Shown piece after piece: positions 1 to 15,811 of a DNA stretch of 64,000 nt (positions within the stretch are counted from its first letter, which is position 1; each line of letters starts with the position of its first letter). This DNA comes from the human T2T-CHM13v2.0 reference genome, Homo sapiens. A program made the translations under genes and the position numbers. Where the stretch lies: the NCBI RefSeq assembly GCF_009914755.1, contig NC_060930.1. The stretch is one strand, 5' to 3'. The notes beneath the pieces were generated by a model. The model saw nothing but the letters and a program-made list of their open reading frames with translations, was not told the origin of the DNA and searched no databases.

Positions 1-792
1 ACTTCCTAGTATTGCATCCCAGAAAGGGTTAAAGTAAGGGATATTGGCTCCTGCTGATCAGGCCACAGTGTGACACATTCTATAAAATGCATCACAAAAC
101 TACATTATTCAATAGACTTGAGTGTTGCACCTGCTTTCTTATCTCCTTGTAGGTGGTTAAGTTTCCCACAAATGCAATTTGTTAATATGGGGCCACCTCT
201 TCTAACAAGGTAAATCTAAAATTTGGCAGGCATTTGCTTGGCTGCAGGTGCAAAATGAAAGATCTTTTTCTGGCTTTGCCAAAAATAAAAATTATGTTGT
301 GCTCTAGTCCTGGGAAAAATATTCTCACATGGAGGGTAGAACCTGACCCCGAGAAAGGGGACTGGAATTCTAGAGCCCAAATCATGTGCTATTATTCCCA
401 AAAGGCTGAGTGGGGAATCTGAAGTCTTGTTTTAAATGAGGCCAGGTATTGAGCAAATCTCCCTGGTAAGAGAGCCCACTGATATTTGGAGATGTAGCCA
501 TTTGTGATGATAAATGATGACTGTTACTCTTATGAGCTATGAGAGCTTAATTAAAGCTAATGCTTAGCACTCTTTGGAAGGTGGAGAGATTAAAAACTAA
601 CTTCCTTGCCGAATAGCCTGGGTTTGGAAAAGCATGTTTTTGAAATATGTGGGATCTCCACTCTGGAGCCCTCTGCAGTCCTGTCTGGGTCTTCACACCT
701 AAGTCAAAGCAAGAGCTATTTTTGCGTTAGAATTTCCTTAGCCAAGACTACAAGAGGCCAAATGCCAGGGTTCATCTCAGCTTCCTGTGCAT
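1..792 (-). other. F13A1: F13A1 3' UTR (partial; continues beyond window position 1)
   Basis: Follows the TGA stop (793-795) of the last coding exon. I saw no AATAAA on the minus strand in 1-792, so the poly(A) site probably lies outside the window. Confidence 0.85.
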
Positions 793-999
<207 letters not shown>

Positions 1000-2017
1000 T
1001 CAGGAAGCAATGAAAACTCTTGCCTAAGTCACTTGCTTTCTTTCTCTCAGTTGGTGCTTAGGACACTGAAGACTCTCACTGGCTGATTCAGCAAGTTATG
1101 CCCCAAATGAGGCCCCCACATAAAGCTCTGCAGAACCTGTCACTGACAGTCTTATTGGGTCATGGTTCCTTCCACTGGGATGCATCCGCCAGCCTCCCAG
1201 TGGCCATCAGGAGCTGGGCTGATTCCCATCCAACCATTAATCAACTGAACTCTAGCTTGTCTCCAAGCCCTCCATAGTAGCCTTATCTATGTGACTGATC
1301 TTCTGAGCCTCAGCTCAGTTTTTGCCACTAGTTTCCTCCTGGAATTACAGTCCTATATGAATCCCCCAGCTGCCTTTGCTGAGGCCCTGACACTCGAATT
1401 AGCTTTTGCCAACTCCCTTGGGATAGACCTTGTTCCCAGGCTCAGCATCTGGAATATAGCCCTGCCTGCTGCCATTTGACTTTGAGAATCTTCATGTTCT
1501 GTAATTCAAATTCCTATTTCAACCACCAAATTGGGCCCCTCCACCTATGCAACTTTCTGCTACCATTTGTTGCCAATGCCCTAATGTATGCGGCTAATGA
1601 CATAGCCTTTCATGGTTCTAGTGTTCTCCTCTTCCTCCCAGCCTTTGCCCTGAAGTCTTCCTGAGTGTCACGAACAAGCCCACATCAGTGCAGACTGAGA
1701 CTAATCAGGGTTGGTGAGATTTAGTGTTCTCTGGGGTGCTTCACATATAGCCTCCCCTATAAACCTTGGGAGATTATATTCAGGTTTTATATGTATGACA
1801 GTTCTTTGAGGCAGATACTATTCAGCAGATTTTATGATCAAGAAAAATGGAAGGTAACCAGTGAAGTCCCTTTTTCAAGATCACATAATTGGTAAATGGG
1901 CAGAGATGAAATTTGAACCCGGGTTTTTCTGAGTCCCATATTCATACTCTTTCTGCTCCTCTTCACTGCACTTCATAAAAGTGTACACCATATGTTCTAT
2001 AAGAAAAGGCTTTTTCT

Positions 2018-2490
2018 AAGATATTTGCACACACATATTTATAGCAGCACAGTGTGCAATTGCAAAAATATGGAACCAGCCCAAATGCCCATCAATGAGT
2101 GAATAAAGAAATTGTGGTATGCATATACCATGGAATACTACTCAGCCATAAAAAGGAATGAAACAATGGAATTCACAGTGACCTAGATGAAACTGGAGAC
2201 CAGTATTCTAAGTGAAGTAACTCAGGAATGGAAAACCAAACATCCTATGTTCTCACTCATAAGCTGGAGCTAAGCTATGAGGATGCAAAGGCATAACAAT
2301 GAACAATGACGCAATGGTCTTTGGGGACTCAGGGGAAAGGTGGGAGGGATAAAAGACTACAAAATGGTTACAGTATATACTGCTTAGGTGATGGGTGACC
2401 AAATGTCTCAGAAACCACCACCAAAGAACTTATTCATGTAACCAAACACCAACTGTTCCCCAAAAACCTATAGAAATAAAAAAAGAAAAG
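2018..2490 (+). mobile_element. 5'-truncated L1 3' end (L1PB-like)
   Basis: ORF2 C-terminus and 3' UTR, AATAAA plus A tail. 17-bp TSD aagaaaaggctttttct at 2001-2017 and 2491-2507. Confidence 0.9.
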
Positions 2491-4029
2491 AAGAAAAGGC
2501 TTTTTCTGACCATTGTGCTTACTTTTTCATAGGTTTTATTTCTCAAGCAGGAAAGATACTTTTTGACTTAGTAATAAGAGTGTCCTGGAAGTGTTCATGG
2601 AGGATTCATTGAACTCTTTGCAAGATAATTTAGGAAAGTTTCTCCTGCCTGTATGCAGAGAGAAAATTCTCAGTGCTCAATTCAATACCAATATAAGTTT
2701 GGGATATTTATTTCTCAACAGCTGTGCTATTGTTACCTGTATCCATTCATTCTCTCTCCTCTGGTTCCCCCAAGTGATCAATCAGAAGCACTTTGTGAAA
2801 CAGTGGCCCTGGTTAAGGACCCGACCTGAGACCATGTACTGTAGATAACCACCTCAAATAGAAGCTAAGTATTTAGCCCCCTCTTATCATTTTCTCTTAC
2901 TCATAAAACCATCCGGCATAATGATGTGTACATACGAAAAAACTCATACATGAAAATACTCATACATGAAGATACGTATGCATGCTATTTTACATACAGA
3001 TAAATTCATAACAGAGAAAAAAGTATTTTGATAAGTGGAGCAATGTTGGAGTAATCCTATTTTCTGGGGATGGATGTTGTGATAAACGATTCTCAGTAAC
3101 GTGCTGAGCCATCAGGAGATACCGGCCATTTATCATCTTGAATGCACGCAGGCAAATAAGATTATTATTACAATAAACTGCAACTGCCCATGGTTTGTCC
3201 TCTGTGCGTCTAGACCTTAGCTTCTGTCCTATTTGAGAAACTTAAAGTTTAAGCCCAAATCACAAAGTGGGGGAGTTTTTCTCTTGAAATAACATATTGA
3301 ACTGGATCATTTTCTAAAGAGCAAAATAAATCTGGAAGATAAATTATTTGACGCTCTGGAAGCATCAAGTGCAGAAAGTTAAGAGTCTGTGGAGGTGGAA
3401 CCTCTGCACATCTGAGACAGGCCGGAGGCAGTGGGGGAAGAGCAGGAAGATAAACCATTTCAGAGTAGAGTTGGCTCACTGCGAGTGAGGGGTGAGACAC
3501 AGCACCGCCTTCTTTGTTCCTGGCTCCAATTCCCTGTTTACCAGCTCCTCACCTTCCAGGCCCTCTGCTTTGGGTTCAATAACCCCTGCCTTCTAGACAC
3601 CACATCTGGCAGGGTGTGGGTGAATGAGTGGGGGTGGTGATTCCCCAACTATTTAAGAGCTGTATTCTAGAAAGAAATACGGTCTTGCAAAGGATTTTGG
3701 TTTTGTGGAATTGCACTTTCTAGGCGTCCAAGTTGTTACATGGATCTGGCGCTCCTAGATCAGATCTTGGCAACATAGGGCACAGTGGAGTGCTTCTAAT
3801 TATCTGACCATATGGAAGTGGGCACGGACTGGCTCAGGTCTTGGTTGTGAAGGTGTGTGCTGGAGTGAGGAGTAAACAGAGAAAGTGGCACTTGCTCCAA
3901 GTTGTAAGCCCATCTTAGATAACAAATGTTTTCTATGTCATGATTTTTAGCCCAAGTTTTGACTGTCTCTGAGAAATAAAGCTTCTCTTGTCTGGGAGAT
4001 ATTCCACCCTGAAGCTGGGTTTCTGTAAC

Positions 4030-4545
4030 TATTCAGCCATAAAAAGAATAAAATCCTGCCATTTGTAACAACATGAATTAGACTTGGAGGAAGGGCATCA
4101 TGGTAAGTGAAATAAACCAGACATGGAAAGACAAATACTACATGATTTCACTCACATGTAGACACTAAAAAAAAAAAAATTATTATACCATAGAAGCAAA
4201 GAGCAGAACAGTGGTTACCAGAGACTGAGGAGGAGAACATGAAGGGGAAGATGGGAAGAGGTTGGCCAATGAGAACAAAGTGACAATTAAATAGGAGGAA
4301 TAAGTTCTGGTGTTCTATTGCATGATAAGGTAACTATGATTAACAGTAGGTATTGTATATTACAAAAGAGCTAGAAGACAGGCTTTTGAATGTTCTCACC
4401 ACAAAGAAATGATAAATGCATGGGGTGATGGATACACTAAATACTCCGATTTGATCATTATACAACATATATATGTATCGAAACATCAAATTGCCCCACA
4501 TAAATATGTAGAATTACAATGTGTCAGTAAAAAAAACTTAAAAAG
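4030..4545 (+). mobile_element. L1MA-type 3' end fragment
   Basis: Motifs cagccataaaaagaataaaatcctgccatttg and gaatgttctcaccacaaagaaatgataaatg, ending in an A-rich tail. Confidence 0.8.
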
Positions 4546-4558
4546 AGAGATTGAGGAC

Positions 4559-4935
4559 TGTTACGGACTAAATGTTTGTGGTCCTCACACATTCATTTGT
4601 TGAAACCCAAACTCCAGTGTGATACCATTTAGCGATGGAGCTTTGGGGAGGTAACTAAATTAGAATAGGTCATGAGGGTGGGGCTCATGATGGGATTAGT
4701 GCCCTTCGAAGAAGAGGTGCCAGAGAACTTGCCCTCCCTCTCTCTGCCCCATGTGAGGACACAGTGAAAAGACAGCCATCTGCAAGCTGGGAAGGGAGCC
4801 CTCATCAGGAACCGAATTGGTCGGCACCTTGTCCTCAGACTTCCCAGACTCCAGAAGTGTGAGATATAAATGTTTGTTGTATAAGCCACCCAGTCTATGG
4901 CATTTCTGTTACAGCAGCTCAAACTGACTAAGAGC
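4559..4935 (+). mobile_element. MaLR solo LTR (MLT1A/MST-like)
   Basis: Starts tgttacggactaaatgtttgt, contains gggattagtgccctt, ends acagcagctcaaactgactaag. Confidence 0.8.
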
Positions 4936-6985
4936 AGCTAGCTCTCTGTCTATCTACTTGTCTGCCTAGACTTACGTGTTGCAGTAACTACTAACAGTAC
5001 CTTAAGCCAGTGTGTGGGCAGGACATCTGTGTCCAAGAAGGGACTGGCCTTATCCATCCTTTCTCCCGATTCACTCCACTTTGCTCCACTCCAATGTCAG
5101 ACATTAACAATAAACAAACCATCTGGAGATTTAACCTATTTTGAGCCTGAGGCCTCCCAAATAGTGGGTCATTGCACTGTGTAATAATTCACTGTGTAAT
5201 AATTCATCTTTTGTCTAAGACACACAGTGTCTTTTTTCATGTGTTGGCCTTGACCAAGGTGGAATTCTAGGGGGATAGCCAAGGTGTAAAGATAGAGAAG
5301 TTTCCGGTACACTCAGATAAAGCTTGTGGGTTTACTGTCTGGGAAGGAAAAAGTTGGATACAGCAGGGGGCTGTATGGAAGAGGAAACGTGTTTCACTTT
5401 GCCTGAACGATTCTTGCATCTGATTTGAGTGGGAAGGTGCGAGAATGGGTGAGTGAGACTGTCGTTTCTGACGAAAGCAGGGGTATGGCTGCTGACCTCT
5501 CTATGTAGCTGGGGTTGATTACTAATTTACTTATTTTTTTTTCCTGTAACTTTCCTGTTAGCACAGGAAGGTTGCTATGTTTTGTGCTTGCGTTGTTTCA
5601 AAAGCACTAAGATTATTTTCTCTGTTGTTTATTGCATCTGCAATAAGGCATCTCTTAAATGATGAGATGCAGAAGCTACGAGCATTGTAATTTGAAAGAA
5701 ATGCGGAGAGCCCTTTATGGGCAATAAAGTTGCCCCAGAGGGTATAAGTGAGGCCTTGCATTTATCCCACAGATTCCAGAGTGGGGTCGCTTCCATAAAG
5801 GGTGTCGGGAAAATTCTTGACATATCTGGTCATGAGGCAGTTTCCAAAGTCCTCTACCTCCCTTTCTATGCCTTAGAAGGTCACTCCACAGGAAATGTGC
5901 TAGATTGATTGATGCTGACAAGGACTTATTTGTGGTAGAAATGAAAGTAATAAACCTCAAAGATTGGGATCCATTCTGGGTGTCACACTTTAAGAGGAGT
6001 AGTGACAAATTGGAATGTGTGGGAGAGAGAGAGAGAGAGCTGAAACCATGTTAGAGGAGAGGGAAATAAAGTCAGGACAGATATTTGTCCCCAGGTAGAA
6101 AAGATTCAAGGAAGATGAGACAGCTGTTTGCAAACATTTGCAAACCATCAGATGGAAAAGAGATGGGCCTTACTTTCTGTCAGTCCAGATGGCAGAATTA
6201 GGATCATTGGCAGGATCAAATGGTAGAAAAACCTGTTTCCTTACTGTTAGAGCTACCTGACCATGGAATGGGTTATCTTGTTGGGTCACACTCTTTGTTA
6301 GTAGAAGTCACAGAAACTGAGACCTGTCAAGCACAATTTGAAGTGGCCTGTGTGTGGAAGAGGCTGAGTTTCATTCATATCATTACAGAACCTGGGGTTG
6401 TCTTTGGTCCCCTGAATGGGGAACCATCTAGAGCTCTTTAGGCTCAACTAAAAAAAAACCTGAATCCAACAGTTGTAGACACTGATTGGGATGGTAAAAT
6501 CTGTGAGGTGAGGCTGGAGACAAAGCACCCATGAAAAGGGGGTATCTCTCAGCATAATATCTGACACGTGGTAGGAGCTCAATAAAGATGAGAAGAGACC
6601 ATACGTGAGTAGGTAGTACAGCAAAGTGGTTCAAACTTGGGTTCTGGAATTCACCAGCCTGAGTCTGAATCTTGGCTCTGTTTTCATAAACTGTGTAACT
6701 GAACCTGTGTAACCAGTCAACCTCTCAAAGCCTCAAATTCCTCAGCTACAGAAGGGAGATAATAGCAGTATCTACATCGTAGGGTGTCTTTAAGGATTAA
6801 ATGATGAAAGTGCTGGTCAAACCAACCCTAGTTTTACTCCACGCCCTACAGAAATGGTCGGCAAGGAGGAGGCAGCTTCCAAGACATTTTCACTGGGGAG
6901 CAGATCTATGTTTGGAAAAGACACACACAGAGAAAGCTTCCCACAGCCCTGCACTGCCTGCCCGGTCTCCCCAACCCAAGGTTTA

Positions 6986-7123
<138 letters not shown>

Positions 7124-9562
7124 CTAAGAGAGAGAATGCAGGTCATTAGCACCAAATAAAACCTCGTTCTGCTCTCTTGTTGTCTTAACCATCATCACTT
7201 TTACTAGAGTTTTATGATACAGTTATTTTTTTGGCAATGGAACCAGTGTGATGAGGATAGCTGATTGCTTTGACTGGAGGATACCTATTGAGAAAGAGAT
7301 GGAAATTTACTAATTAGAATCGCACTCTTTTCCTCATTATAAAACCAGCCTAATTAGAGCTCAGGTCAATAGCGGTGGCCACTGACTGCTCTTTGACAGC
7401 AGGAGGGGGAAGTTCATTTGGTGTGGCAACACGTTTCCACGGTGAGGGCGGCCAAGTGAACTTTGCTTCTGGATAGGCATCAAGTTTCCTGCTGGGACAA
7501 AGGGGATTCCTGAGTTTAAGAAGTAGAAAATGCTTCAGGGCACATGTGCCTTCTTAGTTTTAGACACATTCGCAAGAAATATGCCAAGGATGGAGTCCTT
7601 ACTGTTGAACATGAAGAGGAACCTGGATACTAAAATAAGTAAAGGAGATTTTTCTTCTACAGCCACAGTACCAGAGTCCAGGAAAATAAAAGGTTATTTG
7701 TTGGTGAGTTGATCTATTATGACTCTCAGAAGTATCAGGTATTTGGAAGAACACCACAGGAGACAGCCAGAGCTCAGTGCCAGGTTCAACACTTATTAAC
7801 AGTGGGGACTCAGGTGATTTAGGCTTTCTGAGACTCAGTTTTCTTGTCTTTAAAATGGGCTGACACTTTTATGGGGCGATCTATGTAGAATGCTCTTATT
7901 ATTACTATACCTTAAGCTGTGTTTACTGTATGCCACACACTTTAGAACCATATGCTTTTCCAACATAAACGCAATGTGCCGCAAAATGCCAGGTGGCTAT
8001 AAGACTTGTTTGTTTGTTTAGGAGCTATGTATACCAAATGAATGGATCTGTATAAGCTCTAAGTAACTTGGGAATAAGATAAGAATAATAGTTCTTCCCT
8101 TGCAAGAAAGGTTTGGAATGAAAAATGCTCATAAAACGGCAAACATATTGCAAGGCACATGGCAAAGGCCCAATGCATTACAGTTGATGCTTTTTAGGGT
8201 AGCAATGCTCTGGGTAGTTTGTCTTATTCACCTTATATTTCAGCCCACTTTTAACTCCAATACTTAGTACTTCAATACCAATGTCCAGTAAATATTTATT
8301 AAATTAAGTCAATGGCTCAAAAATGGAATTTACTGGATGTCTGGATCTTCCAGATGACAACACAGCCATTACTATTCCATGTTCCTTTAGCCACTATATA
8401 ATATGGGAGAAAATATATGGAAATGAGGCGTTTTTAAGAATGGACGTAAAGAGGAAGGACATTGCCCAGAGAAGAGGACCCTTGCTTACTTATGCTACAG
8501 TCAAGAATAAAATCTTCCTGATCTGATCATTACACACTGTATGCATGAATTGAAAAATCACATGTACCCCATAAATATGTACAATTATTATATATCGATT
8601 AAAAGAAGAATACACTCTTATGGCTTTACTCATCAAGCCATGCTTTGTGACTAAATTTATGGCTATGGGATTTCTTAAGTCTATAAGAAAAACGAAACTT
8701 TCAGCCAACTCCCTAAACTTTGTTACATTTAAATCCGCATCTCCTGGAGGGCAGTGGTGGAGAGCTGGATTCAGGGGAACTAGGAGAGGGGCAGACGATG
8801 GTCATGGTAGCAACAACAGCAGGTGCACCTAGACAGCATGGATCGTGTGCCAGGCAGGGAGTCCAGCACTTTAACCAGCAATCCTCAGTCTGGTAATGGG
8901 TGGATCCTGTAATTCATTTATTTGAGGCACCCCTGTTGATTACAAAGAACCAGCCCCAGCTGACAACCATAATTCACATATATTCTCACATAAGCCTCAC
9001 AACACAAGGGCTATATTTGTATCAGCTCGATCAGACTATAATAATAGTTATTCCCTTAAGAAGAAGGAGGTTTTCTAGGGCAGGATCACTGGTGCCAGGC
9101 ATTTCATTTTATAAAAGAGAAAACTGTGGTTCAGGAAAATAGGTAACTTGAATGAGGATTTGAAGCTGCCAAATGACCAAGGTGGGATTGAAGTTAAAGT
9201 CTGTCTAACTGGAGATCTTGAACTCTAAGATAGAGTGCTACTCTGAGGTCAGAGGAGCTGGAAAAGCCAACAACTCAGCAATAACAAGACAACCAAAACT
9301 GTTTCGTACTGACGTCCAAAAAAAAAAAAAAAAACGGCAGTCAGAAAGTAAGGGAGATTTTCAAACCGGTGGGAGCAACATTGGATTTGAAGCCACACTG
9401 ACAAGACTGAGAATGGATAAGGCCTAATGGGGAGGAGACTGGTTCAATGACAGGCAAACTAGAACATGAACCAGAAGTTACTTTTAGGCTGGCTGGCACA
9501 TGGGGTGTGGAGAGAGAAGCCTGGTTTGAAGGCTGTGGCAAAAACAGTAATCATGATCTAGA

Positions 9563-9781
9563 TCAGGGCTTCTCAGCATCAACACTACTGACATATCGGG
9601 CTGGATGCATCTTTGTTGCAGAGCTGTCCTGTGCCAGGTACGATGTTAAGCAACATCCCTGGTGTCTACCCACTGCATGCCAGGAGCAGCCCCGCACCCC
9701 AGCCATCACAACCAAAAGTGTCTCCAGCAATTGCCAAATATTCCTTAGTAAGCAAAATTGCCCTCCAGTTGGAAACCACTG
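9563..9781. mobile_element. MER20 (hAT-Charlie DNA transposon)
   Basis: cagggcttctcagc...tgtctccagcaattgccaaat...gttggaaaccactg, as in MER20. Confidence 0.75.
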
Positions 9782-11899
9782 GTATAGACAAAACATGTGG
9801 AAGACAGACTGAATTTTTCACTTTCTTCCCAGAGGCCCTGCCTCAATCAATTTAGATATTGAAGGTGTAGCAATACATCAGAATACTTTACATGGTGTCC
9901 CTGATTTCATTCTCAAGTGTGTCCAATATATTTTTTCCTGCATTAAGAAACATTTCAAAAACATCTTTGGATTTAAAAAATACAAAATAAAGATAGCATT
10001 TACAAAAGCTCTCTAAACTGAAGAAGATGGAGCTGCCACAGAGACATTATTGGCAAAAGTGTTTGCTATGATCACTATATTCTTTCTGGAAAAAATATTT
10101 TGGAGCCATCTGTCTTCTCCATGGTATGCTATATAAGGATGGGCATAAGCCCCTTCAAAAGTATATCTGATAGTAGCTACTGACCTTTCCTCTACACAGA
10201 CATACACAGTGACAAATACAAGATATATACAATATGGGCATGTATTTTTAGGGGATGCACTATAGACCTATGAAGTCCATACATGGTTTTCTAGGGGCCC
10301 ATGAACCCTAGATTAAGAACCCTTCCCATACCAGTAGACTGGCTCTACATGAAGCCTCCTACGCTGTGGAAAGTGAAATACACCCTTCCAGGTCACTGAT
10401 GACAGTGAGAAGGAATGCTTAGTATTTGAGAAACTGGCCCATGCAATTGGGCCATCATAGATAGGCTTCAGATCTGAATATGTTCAGGACATTAAACCTT
10501 CTCAGGTAATTTCATATGTCATGCCTAATCAGTTTGCTTCCAGTATTGTCTCTGTAATTAGATGCTGGCATGGGTGTATCAATTCTGCCCAGATTTCCCT
10601 GATGCTGGAGTGGGGAGCAGGGAGAAGGATGGGGAGGGGTGAGAGGAGAAGCCCTTCTCTGGTTGTAGTGTGTTTCTTTTGCAATTAACAAAGACCAGTG
10701 TCCCTTTTCTGACACTTGTCTCCTGCACCGAGAATGTAAACTTCCTGTCCCTGACTACTGATGATAATGAGCCTTAGACACTCAAACCAAACTAAATGTA
10801 AAAACCTACCCAATGCTCGACATCACTGTGTTCTGCTTGGGAAATGTAACTGGAGGTGTCTCCCTCTCCTTGCTTCTTTTGAGGAAAATGCTGCCAACAC
10901 ATAGTGTTTTCACGTTATGTGTTGATTTCAGTGATGCACCATGCTATGGTACCTACAAAATGCTGAGAACAATGACTATTTGGGGAGAAAATATCTGTTT
11001 GCATCACATTATTTTAGGAATCTGCAAAGCTCCCTTTTCCTTATTGCTGAAAGCATAATTCCATATCTGCATAGTCATATTTTCATTTCATTTTCACAGT
11101 CATATTTTTCATTTTCTTGCTCTCATAAAACCTTAAATAAAGGGAGCCTTCAGGCAATTTAGAGAAGGTTAGTTCAAGAAGAAACTTTTATGTGTATTTG
11201 CTTTAGAGAAGAGTATTCATTACTTGGGCCAGAGAAAAGAATAAAGCATATGTCTTACTTGGTGACGTCAAATGCTTTTGCATATACTTGATGGCCTTAA
11301 GTTTTTCTCAATATTCTATTGAAAATATCTCTCTCTGTTTTAAAAAAATCAACCCGTAGTATGCTTTTTCAAGTTACATATCACTTACTGATATTGACAT
11401 TCCTGTCCTTTATACTAATTCATGATAATGAGCTGCTACTCTGATTCTTTGGTAAACAAGAAAGTTACTAACACACACATACTCTCTTTCTCTTATATAA
11501 ACTTTTTGGAAAGAAATTACTTTTTTAGAAATCACAAGATATCTTCCACTAAGCATATGCTTTAAAAATACATAACTGTATTCAAAATTGAAACTGAAAT
11601 GAAGGAAAAAGTTTGAGAAAGAGTAACAATAAGTGAGGTTGGCAATTTGAAATACATGATTTATTAGCACACCTAACAGCTCTTATTTCAAGTACTTTCA
11701 ATCATGTATTGCACGTATTTCTGGAAACTGTATTTTTCCCTCCCCCTTGGCCTGTGATCATTTTTGATAATGGGCAATTTCTTGTTTGCAAACTCTGCTC
11801 ATCACCACAGGCACTGCCCCTGCTTTTAGCTGACACTTAGATGAACACTTACTGACCAATGCTAATGGTTCTAGGGTGGTTAGGAAATGTTCTCAGTCT

Positions 11900-12100
11900 A
11901 TATTTTTCCAATATAGTAGCCACTAGCCACCTAGGGCTATTTATAATTAAATTAATTAAAATTAAGTGAAATGTAAAAAATTCAGTTCCTCAGTTGCACG
12001 AGCCATCTTTCAAGGACTCAAAAGCCTCATATGGCTCGTGGCTACTGCATTGGATGGAGCAGATTTAAAATGTTCCCATTACCCTAGAAAGTTCTATCAA
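11900..12100. mobile_element. MER3/MER33-like hAT element
   Basis: ccaatatagtagccactagccac...aattcagttcctcagttgcac...gtggctactgcattgga. Confidence 0.65.
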
Positions 12101-12550
12101 CTCACTTAATCCTCCCAACACTAAGAGGTAAATATTAGGAGTCTTCATTTTATAGATGAGGAAACTGAGGCACAGAGGAGTTAAGTAACTTGCTCAAGTT
12201 CACACCATTAGTAAGTAGGGTAGGAGAGATTCAAATGTAGACAGTCTGGGGCCATAGCCGTTGCTCAGCAACACGTGATCCTGACTCTGGTTAATGACAA
12301 CAATAATAACAAGTAACTTACATTTATTTAGTTAGTGTTTACTTAGTAATGCAGGCATTCTGTTCATCAGTTTACTTACACTACCTTATTTAATCTTCTC
12401 TACAGCCCTATGGTCTTGGGGGTAGACATGATTATTAATCCCATTCTGTTTACGTGAAATTGAAATTTAGAAGATAAATAAAAAGCCTACAGAGTTAGGA
12501 ATCTGGCGGAAGTTGGATATAAATCCAGGTCTTTCTGACTCTAAAACATT
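12100..12550 (-). mobile_element. Two MIR fragments
   Basis: MIR core ttttatagatgaggaaactgaggcacagag...aagtaacttgctcaag, and a second more decayed copy. Confidence 0.7.
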
Positions 12551-14011
12551 CATCTTCAAAACTACCTATACTGTGATCCCTGACAGAATACAGGTAAAAA
12601 TAGAAACTTTTTTTTTTGCTGGAATAGCTTCTTTATTTTCTGAAATCCAGCAAAGAATCATTTGCAGCATCACCTTTTAAGTTATCGCTAAACCATCAGT
12701 TGAGGACGAGGATTATAAGTTGACCCTGAACTAAATTAGAAAACATCTATAACTCACCTCTCTCTTTTTGACTTTATAGAGAAGGAATTAGATTTCTATG
12801 CCAGAGTAAAATGTGACAAGGTAGCCTTGGGGCCTTGATATATATTACTTGATGATAATAGGAGTCACTATCTAGGATTTTCTCTTTTAAAAATGAGAGA
12901 TGCCACTTTTAAAAAGAGAATCAGTAGCCCAAACATACTGGGATTACAGGACTGGAATGTGAGATTGGTTATTCTCATGTGTGTCTCTTTTTAAGATTCA
13001 AAAAAATAGCAAACATGAAATGCACAGAGCAAATTATGTTTTAGGTACCGCAGTTACCAGTGACTCCTCATTTTCATTCTAAAATGTGTACTGTTCTGTA
13101 GCTGTCCTGAAGAGAGAGATGGAAATGAACACCTTCGATGAGGAGGGCTCACTCATAGACATAGTTTACGATCATCTATCCTGGCTAAGGGCACCCACGG
13201 TTTGGTCCCACGGCCACAATCCTCTGTGAAAGTAGCCACGAGGGGATGGAGAGTCAGCTATGGGAGCAGGGCTGAAGGTGTCCCCTCCTAGGGTCCCCTG
13301 GGGTAAGCAGGCTTTCCTTGCTCAGAGTCCCTCAGGACTCATAGGTAGATACCTCTGATTTACTCCACAAATAACCTGAAACAGTGTCACGGACATAACT
13401 GAGGTGACTGGGATGCACACAGTGGTGCTATTCCAGGCCAAGCTGAAGGGAGAGCAAGCTGGATGCAGGGGCTGAAGACCGGGGCTGCCACTTTGAGTTT
13501 TTAGACAAGTCGCTTGACTTCTCTGGGCCTCAGCTTCTTATGCAGTTAGTGGGGTGACTCAATGTAATATCATACAACAGAGCATCTGACACATACTAGC
13601 ATTAATGAAATATGAGGTTTAAAGGGAGAACATGTTGCCAGGGTGACCCTGAGAACCTCCTCACCTATAGGGTCTTCTATGGAGAATGACGTGGATTCGG
13701 TTTCTCAGGGGTTAGAGAAGAGAGCCACAAAGGGGAGAGGTGAAGAAGCCCACCTCCTGGTTCCCATCCCCGGCCTCCCCATGAAGGGTGTGGGTGTGGG
13801 CAGGGGTGAATCTTGGTGACGAGAGTGCGATGGAGCCACAGAGAGTGCAGGAGGCTGGAGAGAGAACGTGCTCGGTTGTGGACATGGAGGGGAAAATGGT
13901 CAGGGTTCAGCAATAATTAGAACACATAGTCTGTTCCCATTTTCCACCTTAATGAAAAGTTTGTGATATTTACAGCACTAAATGAAACTACAGTTAAGTC
14001 TCACAGTGTAG

Positions 14012-14371
<360 letters not shown>

Positions 14372-15051
14372 AGTGGTTTCCCCAATTTTAATGTGTCCTC
14401 TGGGATAAAGTTGTATGAATGGGATGTGGGAGGAGTGAGATCAGCAGCCACCACAGCCACCCACCCTTCCTTGGTCCATCCCGGTGGGTTTCCAGGGTGT
14501 GAGCCGTAGGGAGACTGAAGAGGATTCTACTGTTAACCTCGGTAAAAATTGTGGGCATCTCATGAAAAGCTCCAGTTAGAACACAACATTAGGATGGTTG
14601 TTAAGAAAAAACAAGCTAGTGTCCCAAGTTGGAAGAGATCTGGACATGGGGCTGGAGCCAGGATGCAACTGTGCAAAGTGGAAAAGGGAACCCCCTTTTT
14701 TGGGGGGATGTGGCTCCATGCCAGGCTGCAGGGCTTGATGGTTGGCGAGTGGGCTGGACTGGGTCCCCTCACTGTCTCCTTCCCACCTGCAGATGGGCAC
14801 AATCTGCACAGGGGTGAGTGCTGGCCTGGAGGGAAGCCGCCCAGAGGAAGGTCCCTGCCTCCTCTCCGGGGTCAACAGTGATACTTCCCATGGATCTTGT
14901 GTTATCTATACAATTCCCCACCAATCAGTGCTGGTCATGCAGATATTCTGCTTGTTGAAGTCGATTTCTGTGGGTTAAGCATCTTTCACAGGCCCCATGT
15001 ACACTGTCTTTGCAAGAGGAGCACCCCAGGCTCTGTGTAAGTGCTGGTTAG

Positions 15052-15811
<760 letters not shown>

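Noticed and set aside
6125-6146. Short palindrome gtttgcaaacatttgcaaac, and an AT-rich inverted repeat near 12880-12922
   Set aside because: Too short or low-complexity to exceed chance in 64 kb.
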